A stretch of 64,000 nt of DNA from Alphaproteobacteria bacterium (lineage in GTDB: Bacteria > Pseudomonadota > Alphaproteobacteria > MPNO01 > UBA830), in assembly GCA_964291215.2 (NCBI GenBank), contig OZ219791.1:2688001-2752000 (forward strand), in the 5' to 3' direction. The notes beneath the pieces were generated by a model, which worked only from the letters and a program-made list of their open reading frames with translations, searched no databases and was not told the origin of the DNA. A program made the position numbers and the translations under genes. Numbering within the stretch: the first letter of the stretch is position 1; the number at the start of each line of letters is the position of its first letter. Positions 1 through 9,616 of the stretch are shown one piece after another.

Positions 1-962
1 ACATTCCGGGCTTCGACGAATGGGTCGACGGGCTGAGAAAACGGGTACCCGGCCTTTACCCGGCAAGCTTCCGCATGGTCGGGAGCCAGGAGGAGTTCCG
101 GAGCGAGCTGGGCGAGGCCGACGGCGTCATCTGCGAGAGCTTGGCTATCGGCGCCGCCGAACTTGCTGCCGCGCCGCGGCTCAGGGTGGTCCAGAAATTC
201 GGCACCGATCTGCGCAACATAGATCTCGAAGCCTGCGCCGCCCGCAATGTCGCAGTCCGCCCGTTGCGTCGGAGGGTCAACATCGCGGTGGCGGAACACG
301 CCTTTGCGCTCATGATCTCCATGGCCAAGAAGCTGTTCCGGGTCAATGGCCGGATCGACGAGGAAAGCCTGCGCGAGGCCGGATTCCGGCCGCGCATGTA
401 TGATCGCCGCCATGCGGCCGCGGCCAACTGGGGCCGTGTGCACGGCCTCGGGACCCTGTACGGCTCTACGGTCGGCTGCCTCGGTCTCGGCGAGATCGGG
501 CGCGAGGTAGCAGCGCGCGCCTCGGCCTTCGGAGCCACGGTTCTCTATCACCAGCGCAACCGGTTGGCGGACGCGATCGAAACGCCGCTCGGCGCCGCCT
601 ATTGCGGTTTCGAGGACATGCTCCGCCGCGCCGACTATGTCGTCGTTTGCGTTCCGCTCACGGCGGCGACCCAAGGGATGATCGATGCGACGGCCTTCGC
701 GTTGATGAAGGACGGGGCGTACCTGGTCAATGTCTCGCGGGCGGCAGTCATCGACAGGGAGGCGCTCCTCGACGTTCTCGAAAGTGACCGCCTGGGCGGG
801 GTTGCGCTCGATGTGCATTACGAGGAGCCGGCGCCCGCGGACGAACCCCTGAAGCGCTTCCCCGGGGCTGTGCTGACGCCGCATTCGGCGGTAGCCTCGC
901 GGGAAAACGCGGCCGCCGACATGGAAGAGCTGGTCGGCAATCTTGCCGCCGAAATCCGGTGA
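1..962 (+). CDS. D-isomer-specific 2-hydroxyacid dehydrogenase (5' truncated by window edge)
   Basis: Frame is open from base 3. Rossmann GCLGLGEIG, VNVSRAAVID, LDV..EEP and LTPHSA motifs. Confidence 0.9.
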   Translation, partial: IPGFDEWVDGLRKRVPGLYPASFRMVGSQEEFRSELGEADGVICESLAIGAAELAAAPRLRVVQKFGTDLRNIDLEACAARNVAVRPLRRRVNIAVAEHAFALMISMAKKLFRVNGRIDEESLREAGFRPRMYDRRHAAAANWGRVHGLGTLYGSTVGCLGLGEIGREVAARASAFGATVLYHQRNRLADAIETPLGAAYCGFEDMLRRADYVVVCVPLTAATQGMIDATAFALMKDGAYLVNVSRAAVIDREALLDVLESDRLGGVALDVHYEEPAPADEPLKRFPGAVLTPHSAVASRENAAADMEELVGNLAAEIR

Positions 963-1001
963 ACGCCGGCAGCGGGCAATCACCAGAGGCGGGAGCAGTT
1001 C

Positions 1002-1781
1002 ATGAGCGACAAGATCCTGTGCCGGCGCGACGGAGCAGTTGCGACGGTGACCATCAACCGGCCCGAGAAACGCAATGCGCTCGATTCCGAATGCTGGCGG
1101 TCCCTCGGCGAGACCATGCAGAGCCTCTCCAGCGATCCGGCGCTGCGCTGCGTGGTAATCACGGGCGCCGGCGACAGAGCCTTCGGTTCCGGGAATGACA
1201 TAGCGGAATTCGAGGCCGCGCGGAGCAGCGCCGCGCAGGTTCGCGCCTACAACGAGGTCACAGCCGCGGCGATCCGGGCCATCGAGCACTCCCTGCATCC
1301 GACCGTTGCCCGCATACAGGGCTACTGCATCGGTGGCGGGCTGGAAATCGCGCTGGCCTGCGATATCCGCGTGGCCGCGGAGGGTTCAAAGTTTGGCCTG
1401 CCGGTGAAGAACATGGGCATATTCCTCGACCCGATTCTTGCCGACACCCTGGTCAACGCGGTCGGCCGTGCGGTGGCGCTGGAGCTGGTCCTCGAAGGCC
1501 GCATCCTCGACGCTGACGCAGCGCTCGCCCGTGGCTTGGTGACGCGGGTGGTTGGCGAAGCGGAACTCGACGCGGAGGTGGCGCAGACCGTGGAACGCAT
1601 CACTGCCGGCGCGCCGCTCGCCGCGCGCTACAACCGGCGCGGTATCCGGCGCGTTGCGGATCCGGCGGCGCCGACCGGGGAGATGCTTGCCGAGGCGGCG
1701 GCTTATGGCGACACCGAGGATTATCACAACGCTTTTCGGGCTTTCGCGAACAGATCGAAGCCCGAATTCAGGGGCCGCTGA
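1002..1781 (+). CDS. Enoyl-CoA hydratase/isomerase (crotonase) family
   Basis: TINRPEKRNAL, AFGSGNDI, IQGYCIGGGLEIALACDIRVA motifs; RBS ggag upstream. Confidence 0.9.
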   Translation: MSDKILCRRDGAVATVTINRPEKRNALDSECWRSLGETMQSLSSDPALRCVVITGAGDRAFGSGNDIAEFEAARSSAAQVRAYNEVTAAAIRAIEHSLHPTVARIQGYCIGGGLEIALACDIRVAAEGSKFGLPVKNMGIFLDPILADTLVNAVGRAVALELVLEGRILDADAALARGLVTRVVGEAELDAEVAQTVERITAGAPLAARYNRRGIRRVADPAAPTGEMLAEAAAYGDTEDYHNAFRAFANRSKPEFRGR

Positions 1782-1894
1782 GCCGGCCGTCATGTGCGGT
1801 TCCGCACTGGCGCAGGCGCCCTTTCCGACTCTGGCGGATCTCCGGGCTCGGGCCGTCCCGCAGCGCCTGCTTCACTGCGAAACGCGCTGAGGCC

Positions 1895-2890
1895 ATGGCC
1901 GCAGATCCGAACGTGTGGGTTCTTGCCGACGACCGGAGCGGCAATGTCAGTCAGGCGACCGGTGTAGCGGCAGCCCTCGGCGCTCCCTACGAAACCATGA
2001 CCCTCGCATACAACGCGCTGGCGCGGCTGCCGAACCCGGCCCTTGGAGCCACGCTTCGGCATCTGAGGAGCGGCAGCGCCGCACGGCTTGCGGCGCCGTG
2101 GCCGGACATCGTCATCGCCGCCGGCCGGCGGACGGCGCCGGTGGCTCGCGCGATCAAGAGGTCGAGTGGCGGCAGGAGCTTCCTCGTGCAGATCATGTGG
2201 CCCGGCTGGCCGGCCGGCGGATTCGATCTGGTCGCGGTTCCAGCCCATGACGGGATACGGGCTGGCAGCAACATCGTGACCACCGTCGGCGCGCCCCACA
2301 ACGTTAGCGGCGAGGCGCTGGCCGGGGCGCGGGAGGCCTGGAAGGCACGCCTTGGCAGCCGCGCCCCGCCCCGCATCGCGGTGCTGGTCGGTGGCTCGAC
2401 GAGGCAGCGCCGGTTCTCGCCCGCCATGGGGCGCGAGCTTTGCCGTTCGGCCTCCGCTCTGGCGGAGGGGACAGGCGGTACGCTGATGGTGGCGACAAGC
2501 CGCCGCACCGGGCAGGAACTCACCGAACTGCTGCGCACGGAAATGCGTGGGCGCGTCGAGTTCCATGCCTGGCAGCCGGTCGGAAACGACAATCCCTATC
2601 TGGGCTATCTCGCCTGGAGCGATATCGTTATCGTCACCGGCGATTCGTCTTCGATGTGCACCGAAGCCTGTGCTGCCGGTTGTCCGGCCTACATCTTTGC
2701 CCCGCCCGGCCTCGTGGGATCGAAGCACGAGCGCCTTCACCGGACGCTCTATGAGCGCGGGTCCGCCCGGCCGCTGGCCGAAGCGGCGGGCGACGCCGGC
2801 CCCGGGGCGTGGCAAGGCGAGCCGCTTGACGACGCTGCGGTGGTGGTGGCGGAGATCAGGCGCCGCCTCGCCGGCAGGGATCCGCCATGA
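1895..2890 (+). CDS. ELM1/GtrOC1 (DUF1022) family GT-B-like protein
   Basis: WVLADDRSGNVSQA, PWPDIVIAAGRR, VLVGG, TSRRT, NPYLGYL, VTGDSSSMCTEA motifs. Confidence 0.85.
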   Translation: MAADPNVWVLADDRSGNVSQATGVAAALGAPYETMTLAYNALARLPNPALGATLRHLRSGSAARLAAPWPDIVIAAGRRTAPVARAIKRSSGGRSFLVQIMWPGWPAGGFDLVAVPAHDGIRAGSNIVTTVGAPHNVSGEALAGAREAWKARLGSRAPPRIAVLVGGSTRQRRFSPAMGRELCRSASALAEGTGGTLMVATSRRTGQELTELLRTEMRGRVEFHAWQPVGNDNPYLGYLAWSDIVIVTGDSSSMCTEACAAGCPAYIFAPPGLVGSKHERLHRTLYERGSARPLAEAAGDAGPGAWQGEPLDDAAVVVAEIRRRLAGRDPP

Positions 2891-2969
2891 CGACCGGCCG
2901 GCGGAACGGTTGGGAGCGCGGGGGCGCGTTTGCTACACTCCGGACGGCTGCAACGGGAATTAACATGCG

Positions 2970-4136
2970 ATGAGAAAAAGCGCTGCGAGAATCCTTACGA
3001 CCCACGTGGGAAGCCTGCCGCGGCCGTCTCGTCTCGTTGACGTGATACTGGCTGAGGATCGCGGCGTTGCCATCGATCGCGATGCGTTCGATGTGGAGTT
3101 GAGGACAGCGGTCGACGACGTCGTGGCAAGGCAGGCTGCGCTCGGGATCGACATCGTCGATGACGGCGAGTTCTCGAAACGCGGCTTTGCCGTCTACGCC
3201 AACGAACGGCTGGCCGGATACGAGGCGCGGCCGCGGGAGCGCGGCATCCCGTGGGGCGGCTCCCGCGAGGCGCTGGCGTTTCCGGAATTCTACGGGGCGT
3301 CGAGGCCGCACGGCTCGGGGGCGGTCGCGCGTGTTGACGAGATCGTCTGCACGGGGCCGGTTTCCTACAAGGGTCACGCTCAGCTCGAACGCGATCTCGC
3401 CAATCTCAGGGCCGCGGTCGACGCCCACGGGGTGGAGGAGGCATTCATGCCGGCGATCTCGCCGGTCGATGTCGTCGGCAACCAGACGAACGAGTACTAC
3501 CTGTCTGAGGAGGAGTTCCTCGGCGCCGTCGCGGCAGCGATGAACGAGGAGTACCGGGCGATCGTCGACGCCGGATTCCTCCTGCAGATAGACGACCCGC
3601 ATCTCGTCACCCATTACGTCAAGACGCCGGACCTCGAACTCGCCGGCTACAGGAAATGGGCGCAAGCCCAAGTCGAGGCGGTCAACCACGCCCTCGAAGG
3701 CATTCCCGAGGACCGGGTCCGCTACCACACCTGCTACGGCATCAACATGGGGCCGCGCGTCCACGAGGTCGAACTCGGCTGGGTTCTCGACATCGTTCTC
3801 GGCATCCGCGCCGGTGCCTACTCGTTCGAGGCGGCCAATCCACGCCACGAACATGAGTGGCGCCTCTGGGAGCGCACGAAGCTTCCCGAGAGCAAGATCC
3901 TGATCCCGGGCGTCATCACCCATTCGTCGGTGCTGGTCGAACATCCCGAACTCATCGCCGAGCGCATTCTCCGCTTCGCCGGGCTGGTCGGCCGGGAAAA
4001 CGTCATCGCCGGCGGCGATTGCGGTTTCGGCACCCAGGCGAGCCTCACCCCCGAGGTGCATCCGAGCATCGTCTGGGCCAAGTTCGAGGCGCTGGCCGAA
4101 GGCGCCCGGATCGCCTCGGAGCGGCTGTGGTCGTGA
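2970..4136 (+). CDS. Cobalamin-independent methionine synthase II (MetE catalytic-domain-like) family protein
   Basis: ILTTHVGSLPRP, DGEF, Zn ligands HTCYG and DCGF, EHPELIAERI, WAKF motifs. Confidence 0.9.
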   Translation: MRKSAARILTTHVGSLPRPSRLVDVILAEDRGVAIDRDAFDVELRTAVDDVVARQAALGIDIVDDGEFSKRGFAVYANERLAGYEARPRERGIPWGGSREALAFPEFYGASRPHGSGAVARVDEIVCTGPVSYKGHAQLERDLANLRAAVDAHGVEEAFMPAISPVDVVGNQTNEYYLSEEEFLGAVAAAMNEEYRAIVDAGFLLQIDDPHLVTHYVKTPDLELAGYRKWAQAQVEAVNHALEGIPEDRVRYHTCYGINMGPRVHEVELGWVLDIVLGIRAGAYSFEAANPRHEHEWRLWERTKLPESKILIPGVITHSSVLVEHPELIAERILRFAGLVGRENVIAGGDCGFGTQASLTPEVHPSIVWAKFEALAEGARIASERLWS

Positions 4137-4170
4137 TCCGGACGGGTGCGGCTGCCGCCTGCGGCTGCCC

Positions 4171-4572
4171 ATGACGGTCTTCAAGGGCGTCGGGCTTGCC
4201 GCCGGCATCGGCGAGGGCGAGGCGCTGGTTACCGCGGAAGGGATCGCGTTCAATCTCGGCGTCGACGAAATGACCGGCACGATCATCGAGAGCGGCCATC
4301 CACTTGCCGGCGAAAGCGTCGCCGGGCGGGTTGCCGTATTCCGTTCGGGCAAGGGCTCCAGCGCCGGCTCGTTCAGCCTGCTGCAGATGGCGGCGCGCGG
4401 CGTGGCGCCGGTTGCCATCGTCAACGTTCAGGCCGATGCGGTGGTGACGGCAGGGTGCGTGCTGGCGGACATCCCGCTGGTACACAGGCTCGGGGCGCCG
4501 CTCTGCAGGCTGCGCACCGGCGACCGGCTGCGCGTCGACGGCGGCAGGGGTACCGTCGAGATCCTGGCATGA
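4171..4572 (+). CDS. Aconitase X small (swivel, DUF126) subunit
   Basis: GEGEALV, HPLAGESVAGRV, GKGSS, IPLV, VDG motifs; stop overlaps the next ATG (ATGA). Confidence 0.85.
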   Translation: MTVFKGVGLAAGIGEGEALVTAEGIAFNLGVDEMTGTIIESGHPLAGESVAGRVAVFRSGKGSSAGSFSLLQMAARGVAPVAIVNVQADAVVTAGCVLADIPLVHRLGAPLCRLRTGDRLRVDGGRGTVEILA

Positions 4573-5792
4573 AGCTCACGGCGAAGCAGCAGCGGATGCT
4601 CGACGGCGAACAGGGATGGCCGCAGCAGATCGCGATGCGCATGCTTGCTGCGGTCGGGCGCGCCCTCGACGCCCCCGACCTGATTCCCGCGTCTTCGGCG
4701 CATCTCGTGATTGACGGTACGGCGCTCGGCGCGGCGGGACGGGATTTTCTCGAGCGCCTCCTTCGCGAGGGCGGGCGGTTTGCCATCCCGGCGTCGATCA
4801 ACGCCATCGCCGTCGACAGGAGGCGCACCACCGTCTCGGGCGCCGGAGCAGACCAGCTGCGCATGCTCGAAGCCTGCGAGAAGATGGGCGCCATGCCGAG
4901 CTGCTCGTGCAACCCGTTCATCCAGGGCATCCGGCCGGGCCGGGGCGAAACGGTTGCGTGGAGCGAATCGGCGACCGCACCCTATGTCAATTCGGTGCTG
5001 GGCGCGCGCACCAATCGCGAGGGGGCGACGGCGCTCGCCTCGGCGCTGACCGGCCTCACGCCACGCTGCGGCATGCATGTCGCGGAGAACCGCTGCGGGC
5101 GGGTACTGTTCCGCGTAACCGCGGATGTCGTCGGCGTCGACGGCTACAGCCTCCTCGGGGCGCTGATCGGACGGGAGGCGGGAGCGCGGCTGCCGGTCAT
5201 CGACGGCATCGCAATTCCTCCGTCCGAAGACGAATTCGTAGCCTTTTCTGCGGCCTTTGCAATCTATGGCGAGGTGGCGATGTTCCACATGGCCGGAATA
5301 ACGCCGGAAGCGCCGACGCTGGCGGACGCCTTCGGCGGCGTTGCCTTGCCCGGGCCTGTCATCGTCGATCGGCGGGCTCTCGACGAGGCCCGCTACAGCG
5401 TCGGGCCGGGTGCCGGCGGTCGGGTCGACGTGGTGTCCATCGGCTGTCCGCACGCATCGCTGGAGCAGCTTCGGGAGGCCGCCGACCGCGCCGACGGCGG
5501 CCGCGCTGCGGGGCGCGTCGCCTTTTATGTCCACACCAACCGTTCAACCTACGATGCGGCCGTTGCCGAGGGGATCATCGGGAGGCTGGAGCGTGCGGAG
5601 ATCTCAGTGACCACCGACAATTGCGCGGTGGTGTCGTACGACCGGTTGCCGACGGGAACGCGGCTTGCCACCAACTCGACAAAAATGGCCCTGTTCGCGA
5701 AATCCGTGGCTGATGCGGAGATCCTCTTCGGCAGCGCCGAACAGTGCATCGTCGCAGGCCTGTCCGGGCACTGGACCGGAGGGGCGGAATGA
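4569..5792 (+). CDS. Aconitase X large (DUF521) subunit
   Basis: ATG at 4569 (MKLTAKQQRMLDGEQG); WSES..YVNSVLGARTNREG, FHMAGITPEA, IGCPH, ATNS.K motifs. Confidence 0.85.
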   Translation: MKLTAKQQRMLDGEQGWPQQIAMRMLAAVGRALDAPDLIPASSAHLVIDGTALGAAGRDFLERLLREGGRFAIPASINAIAVDRRRTTVSGAGADQLRMLEACEKMGAMPSCSCNPFIQGIRPGRGETVAWSESATAPYVNSVLGARTNREGATALASALTGLTPRCGMHVAENRCGRVLFRVTADVVGVDGYSLLGALIGREAGARLPVIDGIAIPPSEDEFVAFSAAFAIYGEVAMFHMAGITPEAPTLADAFGGVALPGPVIVDRRALDEARYSVGPGAGGRVDVVSIGCPHASLEQLREAADRADGGRAAGRVAFYVHTNRSTYDAAVAEGIIGRLERAEISVTTDNCAVVSYDRLPTGTRLATNSTKMALFAKSVADAEILFGSAEQCIVAGLSGHWTGGAE

Positions 5793-6571
5793 GCGGCGAC
5801 GCCGTCCTGCCCGGAATCGACGGCGCTGCAGTCGTCGTGACTGGCGCCGCCGGCGGAATCGGCGAGGGTGTCGCGCGTCGGCTTGCCGCGCACGGCGCAC
5901 GGCTGGCCCTGATCGACCACGAGGCCGGTGCTCTCGAAGCCGTCGCTGGCGATCTCGACTCGGCAGCCCTCGCTGCCGACATTGCCGACGAGGCTGCGGC
6001 AGAAGCCGCCGTGGAGGCGGCTTCCGTCCGTCTCGGCGACATTGACGGGCTCGTCAATGTCGCCGGGGTTCAGCGGATGGGGCCGCTGATGGAACAGGAC
6101 GTGGCCGACTTCGACGCGCACTACTTCGTCAATCTGCGCGGAACCTGGATGGTGACACGCGCGATAGCGCGGGGCATGGCCGGGCGGGGCAGGGGCGCGA
6201 TCGTCACGGTGTCTTCGAACGCGGCGCGGGTGCCGCGGGTGCGCCAGGGCGCGTATTGCGCGTCCAAGGCTGGGGTCAGCCATCTGATGCGCGTGTTGGC
6301 CCTCGAGCTCGGGCCGTTCGGTATCCGCGTCAACACGGTTGCCCCGGGCGCCACCGAGACGCCGATGATCCGCAGGATGATGGACGAGATGGGGTTCGGC
6401 GAGGAAATGCTCCGGGGCAGTCTCGAGAATTTCCGGACCGGCGTTCCGCTGCAGCGGAACGCGCAGGTCGAAGATGTCGCCGACGCCGTGCTCTGGCTGC
6501 TTTCCGACATGGCCTGCCACGTGACCATGCACGAAGTCGTCGTCGACGGCGGAGCGTCGCTCGGTGCCTGA
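5789..6571 (+). CDS. SDR oxidoreductase, 2,3-dihydro-2,3-dihydroxybenzoate dehydrogenase (EntA/DhbA)-like
   Basis: TGAAGGIG, VSSNAARVPR, YCASK, VAPGATETPM, F+TGVPL, HVTMHEVVVDGGASLG. The SSNAA..PR and C-terminal motifs resemble EntA. Confidence 0.8.
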   Translation: MSGDAVLPGIDGAAVVVTGAAGGIGEGVARRLAAHGARLALIDHEAGALEAVAGDLDSAALAADIADEAAAEAAVEAASVRLGDIDGLVNVAGVQRMGPLMEQDVADFDAHYFVNLRGTWMVTRAIARGMAGRGRGAIVTVSSNAARVPRVRQGAYCASKAGVSHLMRVLALELGPFGIRVNTVAPGATETPMIRRMMDEMGFGEEMLRGSLENFRTGVPLQRNAQVEDVADAVLWLLSDMACHVTMHEVVVDGGASLGA

Positions 6572-6730
6572 CGCGGCGGACATGGTGACGGCGGCGACGC
6601 GCCGGCCCGCAATGCGACCAAGCGTGGTGCCCGGCGAGTCTCCGTGTTGCGCGCCGTCCGGGTGCGCCGGCAGTGCGGTGGATCCGCACCACCCGCGCGG
6701 CGGCCGGTCATGTGCGCATGGACGAGCGGG

Positions 6731-7450
6731 ATGATCGGCGACCGACTTGAGGGAACGACCGTTCTGGTGACCGGCGCGTCGTCGGGAATCGGGCGCGAGA
6801 CGGTCCTCCGGTTCGCCGAATCGGGCGCCGTGGTCGTCGCTGTGGCGCGCCGCGCCGAACTGCTCGAAGAGCTAGCTTCGGTGTCGCGCGCTGCCATATT
6901 CCCCGTGCCCGGTGACCTTGCCGATCCCGAGTTCGTCGACGGGCTCGCTGCGGACCGTGACGTCGATGTCCTTGTCAATGCTGCCGGGCGCACCGCCCAC
7001 GCGCCGTTCCTGGAAGCGGATCCGGCGTTGTGGGAGCGCGCGTGGCGGCTCAACGTTCATGCGCTCATGTGCCTGACCCAGGCGGTTGCCCGGCGGATGG
7101 CCCGGCGCCAGAGCGGCCACATCATCAATGTCTCGTCGGTTCTTGCGCGCCAGGTCTATCCCTTCACCCTTGCCTATGCGGCGACCAAGCATGCCACCGC
7201 CGCGATTACCAGGGGCCTCCGGGTGGAACTGGCTGAATACGGTATACGCGTTACCGAGGTCGCCCCCGGGCTCGTCGACACGGGCCTGATGGACGAGGTG
7301 GAGCATCCCGAGGTGCGGCGGGCCTATGCGGCACGTCGCAAGGAGAGGATACCGGCAGGTGAGGTTGCACGGGCGATCGTCTTTGCCGCCGCCGCCGCTC
7401 CCGGGACAGTGCCGGAGCTCGTGACCCTGAACCCCCACGCGCAGCTCTAG
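6731..7450 (+). CDS. SDR family oxidoreductase
   Basis: TGASSGIG, NAAG, YAATK, PGLVDT motifs. Confidence 0.85.
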   Translation: MIGDRLEGTTVLVTGASSGIGRETVLRFAESGAVVVAVARRAELLEELASVSRAAIFPVPGDLADPEFVDGLAADRDVDVLVNAAGRTAHAPFLEADPALWERAWRLNVHALMCLTQAVARRMARRQSGHIINVSSVLARQVYPFTLAYAATKHATAAITRGLRVELAEYGIRVTEVAPGLVDTGLMDEVEHPEVRRAYAARRKERIPAGEVARAIVFAAAAAPGTVPELVTLNPHAQL

Positions 7451-7699
7451 ATTTCGGGGGGCCGGGCCTGTTCTTCGCTGTCCGTTCCGGACACAAATGC
7501 AATATAGGCTTTTCTTCTTATATAACCGCCTGTAATTGTTATATTTTTTCTAGCCTTTACATATGCTCGTAAGCAGATCGAAAGCGAGATGGGATCAATA
7601 TCAGCGTGTTTCAGCGCGGTGTCGTCGATGAAAACTACCTATCGCTCGACAGCGGGTAGCGCGCGTCATAACTCCGTCGGGCTGTAGAGCATCTGACGA

Positions 7700-8060
7700 G
7701 GGTTGGCGGTCGCTGGGCCTCTGGCGCTCAACCGCCATGCCCTGCCGAAGGAGTTCTGTCGGCGCATGGGTTGGTTCAAGTCCGACGGTGACCTCAAGGG
7801 CATGATGGCCTGGGTCGTCATGCTGGCCATGCACCGCGATGCCGTCATCGCCCTGTCACCACCAAGGATGAAGCAGGGCAGGCTCAAGCCCCTCGTCTTC
7901 GGAGCCGACACCGATCCCCGCCCCGATCACCATCGACGAAGTTTGCCCGCTCGACTTTCGCCCCGCCGCGCGTGGGGGCCATGAGGGGAAGCTCTGGAAC
8001 GAGTTCGTCGTCCGCTACCACTATCCCGGATATGGCACTACCGGTGCGCAACTCGCCGAA
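7700..8060 (+). pseudogene. DUF4338 (DruA-like) domain fragment
   Basis: Frameshifted pieces FCRRMGWFKSDGDLKGM...RDAVIAL.PPR and LWNEFVVRYHYPGY. Confidence 0.55.
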
Positions 8061-8089
8061 CGCGATGCAGGGCCGGGTGCTGTGGTTGA

Positions 8090-8600
8090 TCGGTTCTTCA
8101 TCGGCGGTCCGGCCGGCCGGCAGGTCCCGCAGCGTCGCGCGCACGGCCTCGAGCGCCCTGGATCGGTGCGCATTGGCCCAACCGACCGCCTCGGCGGCAA
8201 AGCGCCGACAGGCATCGAGGTTCCAGAAGTCCGCCGCGCAGCGCAGCGCCAAGGCGTCCGCGGTCCGGTACTCGAGGTGGCCGTGCGGTCCCTCGACCGA
8301 GCCTCTCTCATGCGCCACGCCGCGGTTGTTGCGCGTGACCTCCATGCCGCAATGCGTGCCCAGTACCCGGTCACGTCCTCGGCCGCGTCCTTGCTCAGAT
8401 TGCGGAACACCGCCACAGGCTGTCGGTGCGGTGTGGCGGGGCGCGCCGCCGAGGTGCCGCAGCACATCCTGCAGACCCCCGGCCAGCGCCGTGAAGCTCT
8501 CGCCGCCGAGCGCCACCCGGGCATGGATGTCGCCCGACCGGGCGAGGCGATGTGTCCGGCGCGCCATCGCACCCGCCTGACGATAGTGTCCATCAGTTGA
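8090..8600 (-). mobile_element. IS21-family IstA transposase fragment (degenerate)
   Basis: GGESFTALAGGLQD.L..LGG.P and GMEVTRNNRGVAHERGSVEGPHGHL, with frameshifts. Confidence 0.7.
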
Positions 8601-8775
8601 TAATTGGACACCGTCGATCATCCGAAACTCGGCAGAGACTGCAGCGAGAAGCTCCCCGGCCTTGCAAGGGATGCGTCTGCCGGCTGCCGTACAAGTGCCG
8701 GAATGACATTCAATTCTTGACTTCGCCCATAGCTCTTGCTTAGCATCGTCCCGCACTGACCAGCGGGAAAATGTC

Positions 8776-9480
8776 ATGACAGAAAGAAACGGAATTTTCA
8801 TCTTCACCATTCTGGCATTTGCCGTCTTGATGCTCAACTTCCCCGCAGCAGCACAGCCTGTCAAGAAATCGAGGTCCGGTATTTGTCACTGTCTAGGCGG
8901 GAAATACTATGGCCGGACGAAGAATTTTACATCCTATTCCAGTATCGAGAAATGTTTGGCCGCTGGCGGTCGCCATCCTAAAGGAGGTCAGGGCGATTGC
9001 AGCAAAGCATCGGGTACGCAATCGAAACCGGAAAGGTCAAGTAACAGCGGACCTGCTCGGCAGTTCGATAGATCCTTGCGCATCGTCGATGGCGACACCA
9101 TTGTGATTTCCAGGATTGAAACTCGCTTGCACGGCATCGATGCTCCGGAGGCGCGACAGTCTTGCAGAGACGACCGGGGCAAGGCATACCCTTGCGGCCA
9201 GCGCGCCACAGAGGCACTGACTTTACTTGCCGCCGGCGGTGTCAGTTGCGATATGGAAATGAAACCGGACAAATACGGACGCAAGATCAGTACATGCTAT
9301 GCCGTTGGCGGCCGGAACGTCAATGCGCTCATGGTCCGCATGGGCTACGCCCTGGCATATCGACAATACTCGACGGATTATGTTGCTGAGGAAGAGAAGG
9401 CCCGCGCTGCGCGCAAGGGCATGCACGGGGGCGAGTTCGTTGCACCATGGGAATGGCGCCGCGGCAAGCGGCTGCCTTAG
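8776..9480 (+). CDS. Secreted thermonuclease (SNase) with an N-terminal Cys-containing domain
   Basis: Signal peptide; VKKSRSGICHC..YY.RTKNF..Y.S.EKCL..GGR.PK; SNase motifs IVDGDT, RLHGIDAPE, DKYGR, VNALMV..GYA, PWEWRR. Lower GC than the flanks. Confidence 0.85.
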   Translation: MTERNGIFIFTILAFAVLMLNFPAAAQPVKKSRSGICHCLGGKYYGRTKNFTSYSSIEKCLAAGGRHPKGGQGDCSKASGTQSKPERSSNSGPARQFDRSLRIVDGDTIVISRIETRLHGIDAPEARQSCRDDRGKAYPCGQRATEALTLLAAGGVSCDMEMKPDKYGRKISTCYAVGGRNVNALMVRMGYALAYRQYSTDYVAEEEKARAARKGMHGGEFVAPWEWRRGKRLP

Positions 9481-9616
9481 TACGTGGATTTTTCCTTCTG
9501 CTTCTGTCTTTTTGTCGATATTCTGCGTATCCGTCGCGGCCATTTCAGAGAGTTATTTGATTTGAGAAGGCCGTGATTCAGCATTTTCATGAGGGACTGG
9601 CGGCGGCTGACTAGGT

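Noticed and set aside
4146-4568. N-terminal extension of the 548-aa ORF
   Set aside because: Overlaps the DUF126 gene out of frame; the AcnX large subunit starts at 4569.
5789-6571. Siderophore biosynthesis cluster
   Set aside because: EntA-like SDR only; no isochorismate synthase, isochorismatase or NRPS nearby.
7700-8060. Druantia defence system
   Set aside because: DUF4338 pieces are IS-associated and no DruE helicase is present.
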